A DNA stretch of 33,827 bases, from NCBI GenBank assembly GCA_003990765.1, contig RBNJ01000297.1, positions 1 through 33,827 of the forward strand. Reading direction: 5' to 3'. Both the position numbers and the translations under genes were made by a program. This document shows, in pieces, positions 26,977 through 33,827 of this stretch (the stretch's first letter is position 1; each line of letters opens with the position of its first letter). The DNA comes from Jimgerdemannia flammicorona (taxonomy: Eukaryota). The notes under the pieces are model-generated. The model was given only the letters and a program-made list of their open reading frames with translations. It was not told where the DNA came from and made no database searches.

Positions 26977-29855
26977 CCCTCAAAGTCATGAAGTTTCACC
27001 CTAAAGTCAAGATTCCAGAATATAAGACTGAAGGAGCTATAGGAATAGACTTTGCCAGTATTCGAGATGCTACTCTCAAACCACAGACCACTACCCTACT
27101 TGACACTGGAATTGGAGTCAAGCTGCCAGAGAACTATGCCAGAATTATCAAGACCAGGAGCAGTCTGGCCAAAAGTGAAATCTCAGTTAAAGGAGGAGTA
27201 ATTGACCCTGATTACACTAGTGAGATCTTCCTCATAGTCAGGAATTACAACCCCACCACCCCATTTGAAGTCAAGAAGCATGACAGGATTGGCCAGATGC
27301 TGATCCATGAAATCAAGAAACCCAAGATCATTGAAGCCATCAAACTCATCAAGACCAAGAGAGGAGAACAAGGCTTTAGATCTACTGGAAGAGGAGTCTA
27401 TGCTACCACCAAGATTACTGAACTTAAGCACAAGAAAGACAAGAACCAGAGCAAGCACACATATACCATTGAAGAAAACTTTCCACTGGAGGAACAACTT
27501 CTCAAGATCCTGCATCAGAATGAAGGAATACTTGCTACAGACTTTAGGGATATCTACAATCAAGAACCCAAGTACTACCATGAAGTTGATACTGGTAATA
27601 CCAAGCCCATCTACCAGAAAGCCAGACCCATACCACCTGCCTATAGAGAATGGCTGTGAACAGAACTCAAGGAAATGGAAGAAGCTAGAATCATCAAGCA
27701 AGCTATCAGCCCCTGGGCCTCACTCATTATTCTTGCTCTAAAGAAAGGAAGCAAGCCTGGAGAGTTTGTACTAAGACTCTGCATTAACTATAGGAAGCTC
27801 AATGCCATCACCAAGAAGGATAGGCAGCCCTTGCCAAATATTCAAGAGATCCTTACCACTCTTGAAAGCAAAGCCAAATACTACACCACCTTGAATCTGT
27901 TCTCAGGCTTCTATCAGATTGATCTCACTCAAGATGCTAGTGAGAAATCAGCCTTCATCATATCTGATGCCACCTATATCTATCTGCAAATGCCATTTGG
28001 AATGTATAATGCCCCAGCAAGTTTTCAGTGAATGATGAACAGAGTTTTCAGCAACAAAATTGGAAAATGGCTCTTTGTCTATATTGATGATGTGATCATC
28101 TTCAGCAACACTATAGAGAAACATGTCAATCATATACAGCTAGCCCTCAAGAAGCTCAAGGAGTATAGCCTTTACATCAAGCCCAAGAAATATAAGTTTG
28201 CAGCTCAAGAAATCGCCTATCTAGGACACCTCATCAACCAGACTAGAATCCACACAGACCCTATAAAGATTGAGGCTGTTGCAGCCTACCCAAGACCCAG
28301 AACAACCACAAAAGTCCATGCCTTTCTTGGACTGGCCAGCTACTACAGAAGGTTCATCAAAGGATACTCCAATATTGCAGCATCTATCTATGAGCTACTG
28401 AAGAAAGAAACCAAATTCAAATGGACTAAGGAGCACCAAGAAACCTTCAATAAACTCAAGACCAGGTTGACCCAAGCACCTATCCTCAGAAGACCAGATT
28501 GGAACCTAGAATTCATCCTGTAGACAGATACAAGTACTATAGGACTTAGAGCAGTCCTAGCTTAGAAGAAAGATGGACATGAATATGTCATCTCCTATAT
28601 AAGCTGAGGTACCTGTGAAGCAGAACAGAACTATGAGTTATATAAGCTCAAATGCTTAGCAGTAGTTTAGGCAGTAGACAAGTTCCACTACTACCTAGCT
28701 GAGAAACACTTTACCATTCAAACAGACCATTCCACTCTTGCCTGGCTATTCTATACTCTAAACTCCAAAGGAATATATACCAGATGGATCTACAGGCTGT
28801 AAAAGTATGACTGTACTGTCAAGCACTACTCAGGAAAGACTAACATCAATCCAATGTACTCTCAAGGACACCCTGAAACACTCCCATTAAGACTATTTAA
28901 TATGAATAAGGAGCTATACTATGGATTAATCAGCTACCTTAAGCAGCAGAAGATGCCCAACCACCTTGAACCCTGGATAATCACTATCATCAACTGGACT
29001 TGGAAACAGTTTGAACTAGACAACACTACACTCAGAAAAGGAGGAAAGCTAGTAATATCTGAACACAAGAAGTATTAAGTAATAAAGAAAGTACATGAGC
29101 AAGGATACCTAGGAGGAACCAACACATATGATAAGGCAAGAAGAACTATATGGTGGCCCAAGATGGAAGAAGACCTGTACCAATTTGTCAAAGAGTGTGA
29201 CAAGTGCCAAAAACAGAAACAAGATCAGCAAGACCAGGCACCTGGGTCATCAAGAATTGAGCCTATCTCCTTCCACCACATTGCAATAGATATCATTGAG
29301 TCACTACCAGTAATACTATCAGGAAACTACTATATTATAGTTATTGTAGATCTCTTTACCAAATAGATAGAGGTAGGAGCATTACAAGAAGCCAATGTCC
29401 TCTCTATAGCTGACTTTCTGCACTGAGAAATCATCTGCTGCTACAAGATACTGAAGCAAATCACAACAGACTACAGTATAGAATTTGTTAATAGATTCTA
29501 TAAAATAATATATCAGAAATACAAGATCTAACACATCAAGACCACTGTGTACCACCCTCAAGGAAATGGACAGACAGAAAGAACCAACAAGACCCTCAAG
29601 AACATCCTAACAAAGATCTCAGAGATATATGAGAATTGGGATAACTATCTCCCAACTATTCTCTCTGTCCTATGAGATATATAGTCACAGAGCACACGCT
29701 TTACCACAAGAGAGCTGCTCTTTGGAGAAGAAGATTCTGATGGAACCTCAGCCACAAATCTAGACCTAACTTGGAGATGGGTTGATGCAGAAATCTGGAG
29801 ACTATACCAAATCAGGAAGAAGGCTGAAGATTACATCATCAAGTCACAAGTGCTG
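26977..29855 (+). mobile_element. Ty3/gypsy internal fragment dUTPase-RT-RNase H, integrase; decayed; copy 2, same family as copy 1
   Basis: SPWAS, RLCINYRKLN, MPFGMYNAPASF, YIDD at 28080, YLGH, MNKELYY at 28902, CDKCQ, GNGQTERTNKTLK; co-linear with copy 1; truncated both sides. Confidence 0.95.
26979..27389 (+). pseudogene. Trimeric dUTPase domain in frame with downstream RT
   Basis: All five motifs: AIGIDF, TRSSLA, GVIDPDYTSEI, DRIGQM, RGEQGFRSTG; frame continues to HEVDTG and RT. Confidence 0.92.
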
Positions 29856-32800
29856 ACAATAAAGTACTCTCTTCCACTACTTAATCTCCATAAGAGGACC
29901 CTCTCTCCATACCCTTATACTTAAATACTACCTTACTACCCATTACTCCAACTCTCTCCCCACTCTGCCCACAAATTTTCTCTACTAAATGATACTACCA
30001 ACCTCTCTGCAGACCCCATTCCAGCTACTAGCTCATTAAGATATCCTCTATCAACCCTTCCCACCTTAACAGCTACTCCTCCAAACCTAACTACCTCCCT
30101 TCATCAAAAATAAACAACCAGTATTCTGCTAGCCCCACCCATATAGCTAACACCTAACCCAGAGTGAGCCACTCCTTTCCAACTCCTCCCACCAATCTAT
30201 CTCTCAGATCTTTCTATTGACCCCTCTCACTATCTCCTCTTCTTACAACATCCAATTGATTCCTAACTACTAACTAGAAGTTGTCAAGTATCTTGCACTC
30301 ATTCAGCCAATGTTCTGGTATCTGTACAAATCTCTATTTCTATCCTACATTATAATACTCCTCACAGTCAAAGCTTCTCTCCTCTACAAGGTGGTTTATA
30401 TAAAAGTTGAGCATGGTATTCCTCTACAGTATATACCACCAGACTACTCAGTACTTAGGTGGCAGCCATCATCTTACCTCCACACTTTAGGCCCAGACCC
30501 CATTTTAGTTCTACTCCTCTCTAATACTCACTGTCTGCCAACTACCAGGCTATACATTCTGTCTCAACTCTCTCTGGCACTCAACCCCATTACTAATATT
30601 GAAGTTAATAAGGAAAGTACTCTCCAACAACACTCAATCTCATCTTCATATCACTGGACCCCAAGATATCTCTCCTTTATCCTTCTGTTAGTGAATTCTA
30701 ATAAGTGTGCCCTATCAACTACTTCTCACCAAAAGCTCTTATATTACATATACCCACTATTCAGAAACCCAATCAAAGACAGTAGATCTCCAGTAGAGTC
30801 TCTTAGTGAGAATCTCATCTCTCAAACTTTCTTCATCAGAGAAACCCAGTCACCACCCCTCAGTTCTACAGCTCTCTTCAGCTACCATGCTCTTAGATAA
30901 TATAGCCTCTTTGGGAAGTCAACTAGTCCAAGACCTCCTCTAGCCACTGGTAATGATAAGATCTCCTAGCTAATCTGACCCCTCCTCTCAGCCCAGATCC
31001 AATCTTTTGCCAGCTTTAATAGCCTCTTCACCTAGGCCAGAAAGTCCAGATGATATATTAAATACTACATCTTAGATAGCCAGTAGACATTCAAAATTGA
31101 AACATATTCTGTCAAAGACAAGTGATGGCCTTTCCAACTCTGTAAGACCTCTCTTCAAATAGCCACTCACTGCTCACTAAGGTCTCAGTAAGACTGACCC
31201 ATATACTGAAAAATAGTTGTCCAAGTATCTCACAGTCTCTCTAGTAGAGATAATTATTCCAATAATATCTCCTCCCACCAGACTATTGCTCAACACTATT
31301 GTCTCATACTTATACTAGTTGAGTTTAGCTCTAGAATATATCCCATACTACTTCACTATTTTCTATAGTTTCTTGATATCAGCAATCAATCTCAGGTCAA
31401 TCACCATATTATCTACAAAAGCTTCAACTTTCTATACAATTTCAAATACTGAGAGCTTTGCTACCTTCTGCTGAATCTTATTTATCAATGAAAGAGTATA
31501 CAAAATAGGAGATAGTGGGTCCCTCTGGGGAACACCCCTACCTAGAGAGAACACCACCTCTCAATATCTATTGTATATGAGTGTCACTTTACTTCCTTCT
31601 AGTAGACTGATCATTGCTACTTAGAACTATAGAGACACCAATCCTATTCAGTATTTTTGCCAATCAGACTCACCAAATATGATCATATTCTTTCTCCTGA
31701 TTAAAGAAGACCAATCATCCATTTAGTCCACAGACTCAAGTCTCTTCAATGATGCTATGCATCTAAGCCATACTATCCCTAATGAGCCAGTCCTCTACAA
31801 AATCTTACTACTCCTCACCCAAGACTTGCTGGGCCACCTTCTGTAGTCTTGCTACCACCACCTTAGTGACCAACTTTCTGTCTATATTCAGAAGCATAAT
31901 AGGCCATCAGTTCTTCCAGTTCTCTCTTCTGCCCTTGTTCTTATAAAGCAGTATTATCAGCCCCAGATTCTGCTCACCCACCCATCTCTCTGACTATAGT
32001 ATCAAGTTACAAAGTACCATCAACTCTCCCAGCACTCTGGAGACTCTCACTATCTTCTTCCAGAAGTCTCAGGGCAGACCATCCTCTCCTGGTACTGTGC
32101 CCAGTATAGTCATGGCAAGAATCTGACAAATCTCCTCCTCCTGTACTGGTATCACCAATCTGGCCAGTCTATCTACTTGTGGTGGGTGCCATTTCTCCAA
32201 AATATGTTCAATAGTAATAGTATCAGCCCCACCCTCCTTCTTACTCTACAAACCACTTCACCTCTCCTTTAATAAACCTAAAATATCTTATGAACTATAT
32301 ACTAGCAGACCATCAGAATCAAGAACTCCCTCTCATCTCTGTCTCACTCTCCTTACCTGTAGAGACCTTGAGAGATACTTAGAGGGCCTCTCTCCCTTCT
32401 TCAGCCCCTGCCAGTATAACTGTGCAGCCAAACTCTATGCCTGCACCTCCTCCTCCTCCCTCAATATCTGTTATAGCTCTACAATCTCCAGCCTTGCCCA
32501 CATCACCCTCCAGTCCTCCACTCTCTTCAGGGCCAAAAGATCTGCTCAATTTTCCAAAATCCAAACCAATCTAGCAAAAGCCTAGGTCACCCTCTTCTTT
32601 CTCTATCTTCTTGCTGCCTTGCCAGCCTCACTTCAGTAAATCCTAGCAGCCTTCTTCAATCTCACCCATCAGATATTAACTATGGCACTCTTCTGTATCC
32701 AACCTTCTACTCTCTACTAAATGTCCTCAGCCTACTTGTCCCACAACACCTTCTCAGTCAACAAAGAGGAATTGAGGCACTAATGTCCAGGCTCATCTCC

Positions 32801-32982
32801 ACTCTCTCTGAAATGATCCTGTCCTAACAGCCCCTAATGATCAGACCATAGACACCACTCAGCCTCCAGTAACTTTCAAACATCCAAACCCCAGCAGTCC
32901 ACCTTTAGCACCTAGTCAATCCTTATTTCCAGGTCATTAGTCCAGTGTGTATATACTCTCCTATCTCCCCAGAACTCCCTGC
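29856..32982 (-). mobile_element. L1/Tx1-like LINE ORF2 relic (endonuclease C-end, RT, C-terminal region; copy B)
   Basis: Minus-strand degenerate motifs: RID (~32920), SDH (~32840), PGEDGLP (~32080), N*WPIMLLNIDRK (~31900), NQEKEYD (~31690), GVPQRDPLSPIL (~31520), AFVDN (~31415); many stops. Confidence 0.9.
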
Positions 32983-33020
32983 CAGTAGTGCATCACAACC
33001 CGAGCCAACCCATGTACATA

Positions 33021-33295
33021 TTTAACCCGACTCGGAATTATACGTCACCCATCTTTAACCCGACCCGGAATTATATGTCACCCGCCTTTAACCTGACCCA
33101 GAATAATATGTCACCCATCTTTAACCCGACCCGGAATTATATGTCACCCATCTTTAACCCGACCTGGAAATGTACATACATCACCCATCTTTAACCTGAC
33201 CCAGAATTATACATAACCCATCTTTAACCCAACCCGAGAAATATACGTGACCTGACCCTGACCCGTATTTAACCCAACACAGACCCATCTTTAAT
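33021..33295. repeat. 33-bp tandem repeat, ~7 copies plus degenerate tail
   Basis: Unit TTTAACCCGACCCGGAATTATATGTCACCCATC starting at 33021, 33054, 33087, 33120, 33153, ~33190, ~33223. Confidence 0.93.
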
Positions 33296-33457
33296 CTGCC
33301 TTTAAGCTACAAGGCACCAAAAAAAATATATTACACATCTAAGATATATTTAGAATAAACAAACAGAAACATAATTAGGAATTAGAAATCAAAATGAAAT
33401 CGGAAATAAATAGAAAGTAAATCAGGAAAATAAAGAACTTACCGGTATAAATAGATC

Positions 33458-33826
33458 TTACTCTTCATCACTATAAACCAACTGATCCTCCTCTTCATTG
33501 CTATAAACCAACTGATCCTCCTCCTTCTCATATTCCGAACCATCTTCCTCCATATATTCCGAACTGCTTTCCTCTATATCCTCCTCCTCCATATCCTCCT
33601 CTGGGCCGACCTCCTCCATGCCAACCTCCATTTCGTCCTCCACACCAACCTCCCCATGTTCCTCCGCGCTGACCTCCCCGTGTTCCTCCGCGCTGACCTC
33701 CCTGTGTTCCTCCGCGCCGACCTCCCTGTGTTCCTCCGTGTCAACCTCCCTGTATTCCTCCACGCCGACCTCCCCGTGTTCCTCCACGCCGACCTCCCCC
33801 ATGCCGACCTCCCCATGTTCCTCCAC
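33458..33826 (-). CDS. 3' part of an acidic low-complexity ORF with 24-bp (EEHGEVxx) repeats; runs off the window
   Basis: Open frame with 8-aa repeats and duplicated EEEDQLVYS; coding status unproven. Confidence 0.35.
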   Translation of the reverse strand: MEEHGEVGMGEVGVEEHGEVGVEEYREVDTEEHREVGAEEHREVSAEEHGEVSAEEHGEVGVEDEMEVGMEEVGPEEDMEEEDIEESSSEYMEEDGSEYEKEEDQLVYSNEEEDQLVYSDEE

Positions 33827-33827
33827 G

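Noticed and set aside
30310..30900. 196-aa plus-strand ORF
   Set aside because: Antisense to decayed LINE ORF2; no independent coding signal.
32988..33194. 68-aa ORF with FNPTRNYMSPI repeats
   Set aside because: By-product of a 33-bp unit divisible by three; GTG start; frame breaks where the unit length changes.
33021..33295. CRISPR-like array
   Set aside because: Head-to-tail repeats without unique spacers, no cas genes, eukaryotic context.

Overview
Eukaryotic, fungal DNA. The short GT-AG introns, gene set and TE families point to Mucoromycota, possibly Endogonales; this is inference. An ~18-kb CpG-rich island of intron-containing housekeeping genes (~5910-24000) sits between two CpG-depleted, C-to-T-mutated transposon graveyards. 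Island genes, spliced by hand: class II fumarase with no N-terminal mitochondrial presequence (-); EMC4 (-, not recoverable as one ORF in the track); UBA2 (+); a 3-KH-domain Rnc1/Pbp2-like RNA-binding protein (-); MPS1 kinase (-); a NOP15/NIFK-like RRM protein with a long TPxKK-rich N-terminus (+); and an orphan 136-aa ORF (-). Left flank: 3' half of a Ty3/gypsy element (RT-RH, integrase, an extra ORF, PPT, LTR) abutting an older retropepsin relic and an extremely AT-rich relic. Right flank: a decayed repeat, a 5'-truncated L1-like LINE with an A61 tail, an inverted LTR, a second gypsy copy (dUTPase-RT-RH, integrase), a longer LINE copy, and a CpG-intact 33-bp repeat array next to an acidic repeat ORF. 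The most unusual item is the gypsy architecture: in both diverged copies the integrase appears to be a separate ORF restarting at a conserved MNKELYY right at the RT-RH stop; one copy also shows a non-env third ORF and the other a dUTPase upstream of RT.
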